The notes: generated by a model from the letters alone, not told the origin. DNA of 64,000 nucleotides from an uncultured Candidatus Saccharibacteria bacterium (GCA_964469225.1 CAYXYC010000001.1:27556-91555), one strand, 5' to 3'; shown: positions 28,614-38,430, counted from the stretch's first letter. Translations and numbers: made by a program.

Positions 28614-29801
28614 ATGAATGATATGACAGAAGATATTCTTATCCGAGGAGTTGCAAATATATACCCATCCCGCGATTTTGTCGAGGCGCGTATTCGCCGA
28701 GGGGAGAAATTAACCATATATCTCGGTATTGACCCAACTGGCCCAACGCTTCATTTGGGTAATGCTATACCAATCAAAAAATTAGCTGATTTTCAAAAGG
28801 CCGGACATAAGGTGATTCTTTTGCTCGGTGACTTTACTGCAATGATTGGTGACCCAACCGATAAATCTTCAGCTCGTGTTCAATTAACACACAAGCAAGT
28901 CATGGCCAACCTCAAAAACTACAAAAAACAGGCATCAAAACTTCTTTCATTCTCTGGTAAAAATAAAGCCGAAATTAAGTTTAATTCAAAGTGGCTTGGC
29001 AAAATGAAGTTTGCTGATGTGCTCGCTCTCGCTTCAGAAATGACTGTTCAGCAAATGCTTGAGAGAGATATGTTTGAGCGCCGAATAGAAGAAGGTAAAC
29101 CAATTTTTATTCACGAATTTATGTATCCACTAATGCAAGGATATGATTCTGTTGCTATGAATGTTGACGGAGAGGTTGGAGGTAATGATCAAACATTTAA
29201 TATGCTCTGCGGACGAACACTTCTTAAAACAATGAAGAATAAGGAAAAGTTTGTTTTAACACTTAAACTTCTTGAAGATAATAATGGTAAAAAGATGGGT
29301 AAGACTGAGGGGAACATGGTCTCACTCTCTGATACACCAGAAGAAATGTATGGCAAGGTTATGAGTTGGGCTGATGGATTAATTGTTCCTGGTTTTGAGT
29401 TGTGTACAAATATTTCGCTTTCTTTATTAAAAGAAATTTCCGAATCCCTAGAAAAGGGCACTGCAAATCCTCGTGATTTAAAAATGAAACTCGCTCGAGC
29501 GCTTGTGTCGCTTTATCACAACGAAGAACATGCAATTCGCGCCGAAGAATCTTTTATTGCGACATTTCAGAAGCACGAAATACCAGAAGATATGCCGGAG
29601 GTTAAGATTACCGAAGGGGAGCTTCTTGTTGATGTGTGTCTAAAAGAAAAGATTGTTTCATCAAAAAGTGACTTTGGTCGTTTAATAGATGGTGGGGCAA
29701 TTACAAATCTTCGCACCGGTGAGAAAATTACAGATATTCGGGCCAAAGCAATAAAAGGAGAATACAAAATTGGTAAAACAAGGTTTATCCGGATAATTTA
29801 A
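28614..29801 (+). CDS. tyrS: tyrosyl-tRNA synthetase
   Basis: HIGH-type PTGPTLHLGN and KMSKS-type KMGKT motifs; C-terminal S4-like domain. Confidence 0.8.
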   Translation: MNDMTEDILIRGVANIYPSRDFVEARIRRGEKLTIYLGIDPTGPTLHLGNAIPIKKLADFQKAGHKVILLLGDFTAMIGDPTDKSSARVQLTHKQVMANLKNYKKQASKLLSFSGKNKAEIKFNSKWLGKMKFADVLALASEMTVQQMLERDMFERRIEEGKPIFIHEFMYPLMQGYDSVAMNVDGEVGGNDQTFNMLCGRTLLKTMKNKEKFVLTLKLLEDNNGKKMGKTEGNMVSLSDTPEEMYGKVMSWADGLIVPGFELCTNISLSLLKEISESLEKGTANPRDLKMKLARALVSLYHNEEHAIRAEESFIATFQKHEIPEDMPEVKITEGELLVDVCLKEKIVSSKSDFGRLIDGGAITNLRTGEKITDIRAKAIKGEYKIGKTRFIRII

Positions 29802-29805
29802 AAAT

Positions 29806-29845
29806 AAAACACCCTTCGACCACAGTCGAAGGGTGTTTTATTTTA
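29806..29845. terminator. bidirectional intrinsic terminator
   Basis: aaaacacccttcgaccacagtcgaagggtgttttatttt hairpin flanked by A- and T-runs. Confidence 0.65.
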
Positions 29846-30025
29846 TAGATAATCAGTAGCGCTTCCGTCGAGACCAGCGAATTCTTCACTCATATCTTCG
29901 TCTTCTCCAGACAAGATATCATCGTCTTCCTCAACAACAGCATCTTCGATGGCGTCATCAAGGTCAACTTCTTCGCTCGCATCTAATTCGTCTTCTTTAA
30001 GAACTTCTTCTTCGTCGTAACTCAT
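29843..30025 (-). CDS. extremely acidic 60-aa hypothetical protein
   Basis: About half of residues are D/E (…EEDDDILSGEDEDMSEEF…); lies downstream of ruvC on the same strand. Confidence 0.4.
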   Translation of the reverse strand: MSYDEEEVLKEDELDASEEVDLDDAIEDAVVEEDDDILSGEDEDMSEEFAGLDGSATDYL

Positions 30026-30128
30026 ATATTCTCTAAAACTATGAATATTAAATAATTATAATGAATTATTTGTATCAAAAACTGATTTTCTTTGCAATAT
30101 CAAAAAAATACTTGTAAACAAAGGGTTT

Positions 30129-30620
30129 TTATAGTTTTTCACAGGCGATACAAGTAATTCCAATCGCAATTGCATCAAGCTCGTCGTCAGAGTTAATTTT
30201 TTTTTCAATATGTATAAGTCGTGGAACCATATCCATAACCATCTTTTTGTCCGCTTTTCCGTAACCAGTAACCGCAACTTTAATTTGTGGAGGAGTGTAT
30301 TCAAAAATAGACAATCCATTTCGCGAGGCGCTATAAATAATAACCCCGCGTGCCTCAGATACTCCCATACCTGTTTTCTGGTTGTTTGTTAAATATAGTT
30401 TTTCAATCGAGAGTATTTTTGGTGAATATTCGGAGATTGTGTTTTCAATTTTTTCACCAATCAATCTTAGTCGTTCAGGAAAGGGAAGTTTTGAGTTTGT
30501 TTTAAAACACTCGGAATACATAAGTCTTTCCTTTTGACCCTTTTGTTTTTCAAGAACAGCAATTCCAAGGCGCTCAAATCCAGGATCAATGGCGAGAATT
30601 ATGGGACTATTTGTTTTCAT
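30129..30620 (-). CDS. ruvC: crossover junction endodeoxyribonuclease RuvC
   Basis: IILAIDPGFERLGIAVLE N-terminal catalytic motif; 163 aa. Confidence 0.85.
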   Translation of the reverse strand: MKTNSPIILAIDPGFERLGIAVLEKQKGQKERLMYSECFKTNSKLPFPERLRLIGEKIENTISEYSPKILSIEKLYLTNNQKTGMGVSEARGVIIYSASRNGLSIFEYTPPQIKVAVTGYGKADKKMVMDMVPRLIHIEKKINSDDELDAIAIGITCIACEKL

Positions 30621-31605
30621 CTATGTGTTCGAAGCCTAAATGCTCATAACCCTTTTTTGTTACTGTACGACCGCGCGTTGTGCGTTCGAGTAGTCCAAGT
30701 TGAATAAGATACGGCTCAATAACTTCTTCAATAGTTGCTTCTTCTTCACTTGTTGCCGCGGAGATTGTTTTCAATCCTACGGGTCCACCATTAAATTTTT
30801 CAATAATTATTTCAAGTACTCGACGGTCAGACGCAGTCAAACCAATTTCATCAACTTCAAGAAGTGCCAAGGCTTTTTTTACTGCATCTTTAGTGAGTGG
30901 TGTTTTGTGAACCTGAGCATAATCACGGCATCGTTTTAGAAAATAATTTGCGGTTCGTGGGGTAAATCGCGCGCGAGAAGCGATTTCATTGAGTGCTTCA
31001 TCGTCGAGTTTTACACCGAGAATCTGCGCTGAACGAGCCACGATTTTTTTGATTTCATCGTGCGTATAAAATTCAAGACGAAATACACCGCCAGAGAATC
31101 GTGAGCGAAGCGGGGAAGAGAGAAGTGCAATGCGTGTGGTTGCAGCGATGAGTGTAAACGGCGGAAGTTCAAGTTGTATAGTGCGAGCAGATGGACCCTT
31201 ACCGATAATAATATCAAGAACACCCGACTCCATTGCCGGATAGAGCACTTCCTCAACCATTTTGTTTAGGCGATGAATCTCGTCAATAAATACAATATCG
31301 CCCGGGGAGAGATTTGTGAGTATTGATGCTAGGTCGCCAACTTTCTCAATAGCAGGACCCGAGGTTATTTTTATTTGTCGGCGTGTTTCGTGGGCAATAA
31401 GATGGGCAAGTGTTGTTTTGCCAAGTCCTGGTGGGCCATAAAAAAGTATATGTTCTGCTGGGTGTGATCGTTCTTCAGCGGCAGTCAGAAGAATTTTGAG
31501 ATTAGCCTTGATATTTTCTTGCCCAATATATTCATCCCAGGCGCTCGGACGGAGTGTCTGGTCTAGAAATCCTGTATCAGATGTATTTGTTTCATTGTTT
31601 TTCAT
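30607..31605 (-). CDS. ruvB: Holliday junction branch-migration ATPase RuvB
   Basis: GPPGLGKTTLAHLIA Walker A; ruvB-type sensor and C-terminal winged helix; overlaps ruvC start. Confidence 0.9.
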   Translation of the reverse strand: MKNNETNTSDTGFLDQTLRPSAWDEYIGQENIKANLKILLTAAEERSHPAEHILFYGPPGLGKTTLAHLIAHETRRQIKITSGPAIEKVGDLASILTNLSPGDIVFIDEIHRLNKMVEEVLYPAMESGVLDIIIGKGPSARTIQLELPPFTLIAATTRIALLSSPLRSRFSGGVFRLEFYTHDEIKKIVARSAQILGVKLDDEALNEIASRARFTPRTANYFLKRCRDYAQVHKTPLTKDAVKKALALLEVDEIGLTASDRRVLEIIIEKFNGGPVGLKTISAATSEEEATIEEVIEPYLIQLGLLERTTRGRTVTKKGYEHLGFEHIDENK

Positions 31606-31671
31606 GATATCTATGGGCTTGCCCCGCCTGAATCCCTGACCTGAAGGTGTCAGGCGAGATCCCTTCGGGGG

Positions 31672-31700
31672 TTGACATTGTTGGTGTAGTATGATATACT
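31672..31700 (+). promoter_or_regulatory. near-consensus sigma70 promoter TTGACA-17-TATACT, plus strand
   Basis: TTGACA at 31672-31677, 17-nt spacer, TATACT at 31695-31700. Confidence 0.55.
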
Positions 31701-31755
31701 CTCCTCAGAAATTAATTACATCGTAATTATAGCACTTTGATTTTTTGTTCGCATT

Positions 31756-31910
31756 GAGAGAACAGAAATCTCTAAGCAATCGGCCCCGTGCTCTATATCC
31801 GTGCGTAGGACGCTCTGGTTTGTATTTATATTTACTGGGACTATCCTGTAATCGTATATTACTTTGGTCACGCATGTTTCCAAAGGATTGTTTAGAGATT
31901 TCTGTTCTCT
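31756..31910. repeat. 25-bp long-range inverted repeat (24/25 match) enclosing 104 bp
   Basis: gagagaacagaaatctctaagcaatc (31756-31781) vs gattgtttagagatttctgttctct (31886-31910). Confidence 0.7.
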
Positions 31911-31941
31911 TTCTATTTTGTTCCATTTAAATTCATTAATA

Positions 31942-32325
31942 ATGACGAATGTAAAAGAAGCTCTGACAGCACACTTTCCCTTGTTGGGATTAAAAACCCC
32001 TGCCGATCTCATCGGCAAGGTAATGACACTCTCGTTTTTCCAGCTGGAAAATGAGCAATGGTTTAAAAGGGAAGTTTATTTCCTTATACAATCCATGGAT
32101 GTTGGACCACTTGTCCCATGGAAAGACAATAAGTATATTTGTCTTTCTTCCAACTGGATACCGATTGGCTGCGGGCAATGTGTTCGAATTGTTTTTGAGT
32201 CAAACGGATATAGTATCCAACTCAAAGACAAAAGATCACCACTTCCTGTTTCCGCTTGGTTTAACTCCCATGGTTCGGGTTATCCATCGGAGGGCTTAAA
32301 GGAGGGGTCCTTTAAGATTAGTTGA
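31942..32325 (+). CDS. possible small hypothetical protein (W/C-containing) within the orphan transcription unit
   Basis: 127-codon ATG ORF with protein-like composition, but no clear RBS and no homology recognised; may be non-coding. Confidence 0.25.
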   Translation: MTNVKEALTAHFPLLGLKTPADLIGKVMTLSFFQLENEQWFKREVYFLIQSMDVGPLVPWKDNKYICLSSNWIPIGCGQCVRIVFESNGYSIQLKDKRSPLPVSAWFNSHGSGYPSEGLKEGSFKIS

Positions 32326-32345
32326 TACCCTTTGTTTTTTTAACT

Positions 32346-32373
32346 TGCCGCACTGCTAAACAGTGCGGTTTTT
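32346..32373 (+). terminator. intrinsic terminator for the plus strand
   Basis: ccgcactg-ctaaa-cagtgcgg followed by TTTTTT. Confidence 0.65.
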
Positions 32374-34073
32374 TATTCTTCATAAAAATCCACCACACTG
32401 CCGACTTCTTCGTATGAGGTGATGCCTTTCAAAATTTTCACAATTCCATCTTCTTTCATGTCGAGATATCCTTGATGTGAAGCAATTTCTTTAATCTCTC
32501 GTTCTGATGGATTGTTTGGAATTATTTTTTCAATTTCAGCTGTTTTTAATATTGCCTCAAAAATACCCAAGCGTCCTTTGTAGCCAGTATTGTTACATTC
32601 TGCACAGCCAACTGGTCCGTATATTTTCGGCTGAGCATTTGTGTCAACGCCATATTTTGTAAAGTCTTTACCGTTTGCAGTTGCCATGTCGGTGATTTTT
32701 TTGATAACGCGTGCTTGCTCATCAGTGAGCGCTATTTCTTTTTTGCAGTGTACGCAGAGTTTTCGTACGAGTCGTTGAGCGATTGAGAGCGACAGCGCTG
32801 ATACGAGAATCTTTGGATTAACTTCAAGGTCAATCAAACGGGGAATTACGCCAGCGGCATTGTTGGTATGAAGTGTTGAGAACACAAGGTGACCAGTGAG
32901 CGCTGATTCAACAGCGATTTTTGCTGTTTCAGAATCACGAATTTCTCCCACCATAATCACATCAGGGTCTTGGCGGAGAGATGAACGCAATCCCTCAAGG
33001 AATGTATAACCCTTTTCACTTTCTGTTTGTGTTTGAGTAATTCCTGGTAAATGATATTCAATCGGGTCTTCAATTGTAATAATTTTAATTTCTGGTGAAT
33101 AAATCTTTTGTAGGAATGAGTAAAGCGTTGTTGTTTTACCGGACCCTGTTGGACCAGTAAGCAATACCATGCCGTTTGGTTTTTTGATTTCACGCATAAA
33201 TACTTCAAACAAGCTTGCTTCAATACCGAGGTCTTCTAGTTTTACGCGAATTGATTTTGGATTGAGAATACGCATAACGATTGATTCGCCATACGCGCCC
33301 GGAATGAGTGACACACGCAAACTGATTTCTTCTTCATCAAGGAAAATACTGAATCGGCCATCTTGGGCGATTGCTGAGGCTGTGATTTTGAGTCCGGCAA
33401 GTAATTTTATTCGTGAATTCAAGAATTTGTGAATCACTGGCGGAATTTCCATAACTTCATGCAAAATACCATCGAGACGGAAACGCAGGCGCACAGTATT
33501 TTCTTCTGGTTCGAAGTGAAGATCTGATGCGTTAATAGCAATTGCGCCAGCAAGAGCGATTTCAAGAATATGTGAGGTTGTGTGTGTCGCGTCTTTTTCA
33601 ACTTGTTCAATCGCGCGCCTAATGTCGTCAATATTTTTTATACCAACCATTATTTCTTTTAGGGCTGTGCCCGAAACCGCAATTGCACCAGCTTTTGATT
33701 CTGACGCGTACGAAATTTCACTGTATCTATCCCATGCTTTTTTCAAACTTATGCTTGATGCCATATAAAAATGAGGGATAAAATTGTGGTCAGTAAAATA
33801 CTTTTTTAATTCTGCGAGGAGGTCGGCGTGTGGCGCGCGTACAGCAACATGAATATCCTTGCCGAGAACTTTGAATGGCGCAATGCCCCACTCAATAGCG
33901 TCTTTTTCGGCGACCGAGCGCAAGGCCTCGTTCTCAATAGGAATACCCGATAGGTTAATAGGAGGAATCCCGTACTTTGCTTCGGCGAGAATTTGTACTA
34001 AATCTTCTTCTTCTTGTATTTTAAAATCTTCAAGGTCTTTTTTCTGTTTTTCGTCATCAAATTGGATAGTCAT
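32373..34073 (-). CDS. pilB: type IV pilus assembly ATPase PilB (GspE family)
   Basis: Walker A LLTGPTGSGKTTTLYSF; His-box STLHTNNAAG; tetracysteine CVHCKK...CAECNNTGYKGR. Confidence 0.85.
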   Translation of the reverse strand: MTIQFDDEKQKKDLEDFKIQEEEDLVQILAEAKYGIPPINLSGIPIENEALRSVAEKDAIEWGIAPFKVLGKDIHVAVRAPHADLLAELKKYFTDHNFIPHFYMASSISLKKAWDRYSEISYASESKAGAIAVSGTALKEIMVGIKNIDDIRRAIEQVEKDATHTTSHILEIALAGAIAINASDLHFEPEENTVRLRFRLDGILHEVMEIPPVIHKFLNSRIKLLAGLKITASAIAQDGRFSIFLDEEEISLRVSLIPGAYGESIVMRILNPKSIRVKLEDLGIEASLFEVFMREIKKPNGMVLLTGPTGSGKTTTLYSFLQKIYSPEIKIITIEDPIEYHLPGITQTQTESEKGYTFLEGLRSSLRQDPDVIMVGEIRDSETAKIAVESALTGHLVFSTLHTNNAAGVIPRLIDLEVNPKILVSALSLSIAQRLVRKLCVHCKKEIALTDEQARVIKKITDMATANGKDFTKYGVDTNAQPKIYGPVGCAECNNTGYKGRLGIFEAILKTAEIEKIIPNNPSEREIKEIASHQGYLDMKEDGIVKILKGITSYEEVGSVVDFYEE

Positions 34074-34168
34074 ATAAGGTTCATTATATCCCAGAGGGGG
34101 TACGGGGAGATACTTGACATTTACGCTGAAATATGATAGGATACAGCCAAATAAAGAATCTAATAAAG

Positions 34169-35065
34169 ATGAAAAAGTTCATTGTAATATTGCTTTTGTC
34201 GCTTGGAGTGACTGGGCAAACTAACGCAAACAACGCAACTTGGGTTTCGTGGGTAAACAATTCTTCGCACAATGGCACCCCGGGTGAATTTGCAGAGATG
34301 CTAAACTACATCCATTTGCAAAATCCAGGGAGCGCAGTAACGCTTGAATTGACTACTGGAACCAGATGCCGGATAGCATGTCCGCAGTTATGGTTTAACA
34401 ACATGCTTATGTGTTATCAGCGTATTGATCAATCGGTTAATGCTGACAACCTGGCTCTTACTGTTCAATCTGACCCACAGATTTATTGGGATGAGAACAT
34501 TTCTGTTCTCACAAAGAATTACTATTGTGTAAACAATAGTGTATTATTTGCCAATAATTACAGTGGTGCAAAAACCAGAAGATTAACTGGTATGCACAAT
34601 GGTTCACCGGTGTATCTGGCTTCATGTGGTAATCCACAGGAGGCAATTGCACCAGTTGCTCCCCCTCAACAATTTGTTCAACAGCAACAGCAACCAAGTC
34701 AGGTGTTTTATTACCCAAATGGCGGACAGCAGGAGGTGTATGTTGTAAAAACAAGTTCAGCTGATGTAAATATTAACAACAGTGGAAACACTAATGTTAC
34801 ATATCAGCAACCGAAAGATAATACCGGTTGGTATGTTTTAGCTGCTGCTGGTGGTTACTTATTAGGGAGTCTTGCTAATAACAATCACGGTTATCGCCCG
34901 TATTACCAGCAACCATTTTCGTATTATCCTCAGTATCAATGGCCAACCAGGACAATGCCGAATGCGATCGGAGCTTCTGGTCAGACATTTATTGATAATG
35001 GCGGAGGTACATTTTTTGATGGAACACTTTCGGGTTACTCAAGAACAATGCCATCGGGGCTTTAG
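34169..35065 (+). CDS. secreted Q/N-rich hypothetical protein
   Basis: MKKFIVILLLSLGVTGQTNA signal peptide; the ORF track starts at 34133. Confidence 0.45.
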   Translation: MKKFIVILLLSLGVTGQTNANNATWVSWVNNSSHNGTPGEFAEMLNYIHLQNPGSAVTLELTTGTRCRIACPQLWFNNMLMCYQRIDQSVNADNLALTVQSDPQIYWDENISVLTKNYYCVNNSVLFANNYSGAKTRRLTGMHNGSPVYLASCGNPQEAIAPVAPPQQFVQQQQQPSQVFYYPNGGQQEVYVVKTSSADVNINNSGNTNVTYQQPKDNTGWYVLAAAGGYLLGSLANNNHGYRPYYQQPFSYYPQYQWPTRTMPNAIGASGQTFIDNGGGTFFDGTLSGYSRTMPSGL

Positions 35066-35196
35066 TAAGATTTGTTTGTGTTGAGTTAGTGTAAGTGGAT
35101 ATGCGCACGCAATATGCGATATGCGCATATCCCTTACTTTTTTAAGCTTTTAACTTCGTTGAAAGTTTAAAATTGTAAGCAATTATTATAATTATT

Positions 35197-36939
35197 ATGA
35201 AAAACAATATGAAAAAAATTATATCTTTCATGGTGCTTGGAGTCGTATTCCTTGCATCAGGGAATATTGCGCAGGCATCATGGAATACTTATCCATCTGA
35301 TTGTCCTCTCGCATTAACAATTGGAAATCGCGACACTCGTGAGGGTGTTCAGAATGGCCCAAATGGCTGTTGGACAAAAACAAGTATTTCAGCTCGCCCA
35401 GGTGAGGTGATTAATGTGGCTGTCTATTATGACAACACAAACGCGAACAATGCAGGAAATACTGTTATTCGTCTTACCCAGTCTCCAAATGGTTCAATGA
35501 CAACAACAAATTCAACCTACTCGTTTTCTGGAACACTTTCATCAAATGCTGGTAGTTTGAATCTTTCACAAGTAACAGCGAATCTTTCAAGTTCTCAGAC
35601 TTTGACTTTTAGTCAGGCAGCATGGTATCGAGCTCCTTTCAGTTCTTCATCTCTAACACAGTCAGCAATCCCAGGTGGACAGACTGGATATGAAGCATTT
35701 AATGGTGGACTTTCTCTCGGTACAATTCCTCGTGGTGAATGGGGAACAGTTCTTTTCTCGTTCGTTGTTGGTACAAACGGTCAGAATAATAACAACTCAT
35801 GCGACACAAACATTAATGCAAGTCGTACTTCAGTAAACACAGGTGAGTCTGTTGTGATTTCATGGGATTCATATAATTGTACATCAGCGTATGTTTCTGG
35901 TCCTGGTCTTTCAACATCATCACAAAATGGTAGTCAGACAGTGTATCCATCAGTTGGTTCAAATACTTACACAATCACTGCATACAACTCAAATGGCTCT
36001 ACTCGCACAGATAGTGTGACAGTATATGTGAATCAAAACCAGCCACCAGTTTATGTAAATTGTGCGGTAACAACACTTGCAACAAATGTTGGTACAACAT
36101 ATGCAACACTAAACGGGCTCGTGAATGCTTACGGTGGAAACTCATACTTTGAATATGGCACGACTGTCGATATGACACTTCGCACACCATCTCGTTCTAT
36201 GGGCGGAAACACAAATTTCAACGAAACTCTCACTGGTCTTTCTCCTTATACAATCTACTACTTCCGACTCGTTTCTGATTGTGGTGGATCAATTTCACGA
36301 GGAGTAACTCAGATTTTCCGAACAGTAGGTAATACTCAGACAGTTATTCAGGGTACAACAGTTGTTGGTACAGCTTCTCCAATTATGCTTAAAATCGAAA
36401 ACCGCTACCAGTTTATTGGTCGAGGGGATGCGATTGAGTATGCTGTAACATATAAAAATATTGGTAAATCAACATTGATTCGTCCAATTCTTCAGGTCAT
36501 TGTTCCAAAGGGTATTGTTCTAACAAACGCAACTCGTGGTTCATATGTTGAAGACACAAACACACTCACTGCTCCACTTGAAAACTTACTCCCAGGAACT
36601 GGCGGTGTGATATATGTTCAGGGTCGTGTTGACTCACTTCCAACTGATACTGCGCAGATTGTTACAACAGCAGTTCTTGTTTACACAAACCCAAATGGTG
36701 CTCAAGAAAACGCAATTGCCTATGTACTTAATAATCCGAAAGATGGAAACAATAGTCTTCTCGGTGCAGCCGCACTGTTCGGCGGACTTGGTTCACTAAG
36801 TCTCGTTGGATGGTTGCTACTTATCATTGCGATAATGGCACTTGTCCTCCTTGCTCGAAAGCTTTCACAAAAAGCTGGTCCCGCAAGAGAAGCACAAGCT
36901 CCAAACACACTTCCGTCACAGTATAATAATCACTTCTAA
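35197..36939 (+). CDS. surface protein with N-terminal signal peptide and C-terminal hydrophobic anchor
   Basis: Signal peptide MKKIISFMVLGVVFLASGNIAQA, S/T/N-rich beta-rich body, C-terminal LVGWLLLIIAIMALVLLARKL TM plus basic tail. Confidence 0.5.
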   Translation: MKNNMKKIISFMVLGVVFLASGNIAQASWNTYPSDCPLALTIGNRDTREGVQNGPNGCWTKTSISARPGEVINVAVYYDNTNANNAGNTVIRLTQSPNGSMTTTNSTYSFSGTLSSNAGSLNLSQVTANLSSSQTLTFSQAAWYRAPFSSSSLTQSAIPGGQTGYEAFNGGLSLGTIPRGEWGTVLFSFVVGTNGQNNNNSCDTNINASRTSVNTGESVVISWDSYNCTSAYVSGPGLSTSSQNGSQTVYPSVGSNTYTITAYNSNGSTRTDSVTVYVNQNQPPVYVNCAVTTLATNVGTTYATLNGLVNAYGGNSYFEYGTTVDMTLRTPSRSMGGNTNFNETLTGLSPYTIYYFRLVSDCGGSISRGVTQIFRTVGNTQTVIQGTTVVGTASPIMLKIENRYQFIGRGDAIEYAVTYKNIGKSTLIRPILQVIVPKGIVLTNATRGSYVEDTNTLTAPLENLLPGTGGVIYVQGRVDSLPTDTAQIVTTAVLVYTNPNGAQENAIAYVLNNPKDGNNSLLGAAALFGGLGSLSLVGWLLLIIAIMALVLLARKLSQKAGPAREAQAPNTLPSQYNNHF

Positions 36940-37003
36940 AAGAGGTGTGCACAAAAAATCCCCCGACAACAGTCGAGGGATTTTTTGTGCTAGGATACAC
37001 AAT

Positions 37004-37444
37004 ATGAAACGAATAATTTCAAAAAAAGAAATACCAAACATTGCTCACGAGATTTTGGACGGTTTTGCAAAACGAAAACATGCCAGTGCTTGCGTTTGCG
37101 CGCTGTCAGGCGATCTTGGTGCGGGGAAGACAACGCTTACCCAAGAAATCGCCCGAACACTTGGCGTTGTAGAACATGTCAGTTCGCCAACATTCGTCAT
37201 AATGAAACTCTATCCACTTACAGAAAATAAATACGGCTTCAAAAAACTTATTCATATTGATGCTTATCGCCTTAGTGGAAGTAAGGAATTATTTAATCTC
37301 GGTTGGGAGGGTATTGTTTCTAATCCTGACAACTTGATTTTGGTTGAGTGGCCAGAATATGTGCCAGAGTGTGTTCCAGATACTGCACATATGGTTCGTA
37401 TTGTTCATAAAGACGAAGATACCCGCGAAATTTCTATTGATTGA
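37004..37444 (+). CDS. tsaE: tRNA threonylcarbamoyladenosine biosynthesis protein TsaE (YjeE)
   Basis: P-loop GDLGAGKTTL, SPTF and HIDAYRL motifs; start at MKRIIS (the ORF track extends upstream in a frame overlapping the preceding gene). Confidence 0.75.
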   Translation: MKRIISKKEIPNIAHEILDGFAKRKHASACVCALSGDLGAGKTTLTQEIARTLGVVEHVSSPTFVIMKLYPLTENKYGFKKLIHIDAYRLSGSKELFNLGWEGIVSNPDNLILVEWPEYVPECVPDTAHMVRIVHKDEDTREISID

Positions 37445-37494
37445 CCTGTATTCTGTGTGTGATAGGATATATCTAAATTCGATATTTAACATAC

Positions 37495-38430
37495 ATGAGA
37501 CTCATTCGTATTCTTTTGTTTCCGCCTAAAATTTTGCGGATACCAGAACCGGTTTCTTTGATTCCAGTTTTCATTCTCGCGTTTTTAACGCTACTCATCC
37601 CTTATCTTATTTTTCATCACACAATATATACAACACAATATATATTCTTGGTGATTATTCTGCCTGTGGTGATTTTTCGTTTAATTAACGAAGATCATGA
37701 CTCTGCTGTTGATTGGATAATGACAGGATTAATTTTTCTGATTTCTGCTCCAGTTCTGATTTGCATCGGATTTATTGCTCTCGTTACTATGTTTTTTGTT
37801 TCGCGAAAGACAGGGTATTTTGTTATGTGGGCAGTTTCCATTATTTCACTCTTTATGTTTGGTGTAAAAATTCGATATGAAGGGGAGAGGCCAAAAGATT
37901 CACCAATTATTGTTGTGATGAATCACAGTTCGTTTCTCGACTACTTTTTATTACCAGCTGTCATGGGATACAAAAAACCATGGACAATGGTTTATGGAGT
38001 AAATTTGCACAAGTATCCAATACTGCGATTCTTCCTCAAAAAGTACGGGCTCGGTGTTGATCGAAAGGACATGAACTCAAAGATTGGCACAAGCAAAGCA
38101 ATGAAAGAGGTTTTGTTGGAAGGATTGTCACTAGCGGTTTTTCCAGAAGGAACCCGTATGAGGTCTCATCAGTTTACTGACACATTGTTACCATTTAAAA
38201 ATGGATCATTTGTTTCAGCTGTTGATACACAAACACCAATTATTCCGGTGATTCTATCTTTCCCAATTTTGTATTCACGACCAGACTGCCCCTTACCACT
38301 TTCTCCGCGGGAAATTACCATCTCGTATTTACCTTCTTTTGATGGCGAAGGGAAAACACTCAATCATCTTAAAAATGAAGTGCACGGGTTCATGAAAAGG
38401 AAATTAGACAGCAAAAAACAGATTTTGTAG
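37495..38430 (+). CDS. plsC: 1-acyl-sn-glycerol-3-phosphate acyltransferase family (PlsC-like) with N-terminal TM region
   Basis: NHSSFLD (HX4D-type) and FPEGTR acyltransferase motifs. Confidence 0.7.
   Translation: MRLIRILLFPPKILRIPEPVSLIPVFILAFLTLLIPYLIFHHTIYTTQYIFLVIILPVVIFRLINEDHDSAVDWIMTGLIFLISAPVLICIGFIALVTMFFVSRKTGYFVMWAVSIISLFMFGVKIRYEGERPKDSPIIVVMNHSSFLDYFLLPAVMGYKKPWTMVYGVNLHKYPILRFFLKKYGLGVDRKDMNSKIGTSKAMKEVLLEGLSLAVFPEGTRMRSHQFTDTLLPFKNGSFVSAVDTQTPIIPVILSFPILYSRPDCPLPLSPREITISYLPSFDGEGKTLNHLKNEVHGFMKRKLDSKKQIL

Noticed and set aside
31700-32340. tmRNA, RNase P RNA or group II intron in the orphan transcription unit
   Set aside because: Scanned by eye for hallmark motifs (RNase P P4 AGTCCGG / ACAGAACCCGGCTTA; tmRNA tRNA-like 3' end with tag ORF; intron domain V). 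None found, so the region is left as an unclassified candidate.
35096-35135. Palindromic ggatatgcgcacgcaatatgcgatatgcgcatatcc element
   Set aside because: Sits directly after a stop codon and is followed by a T-run; it reads as a terminator with internal repeats rather than an independent feature.
36842-37003. N-terminal 54 codons of the ORF-track tsaE ORF
   Set aside because: That part overlaps the 3' end of the upstream surface-protein gene and its terminator hairpin; the TsaE homology starts at the internal ATG (37004).
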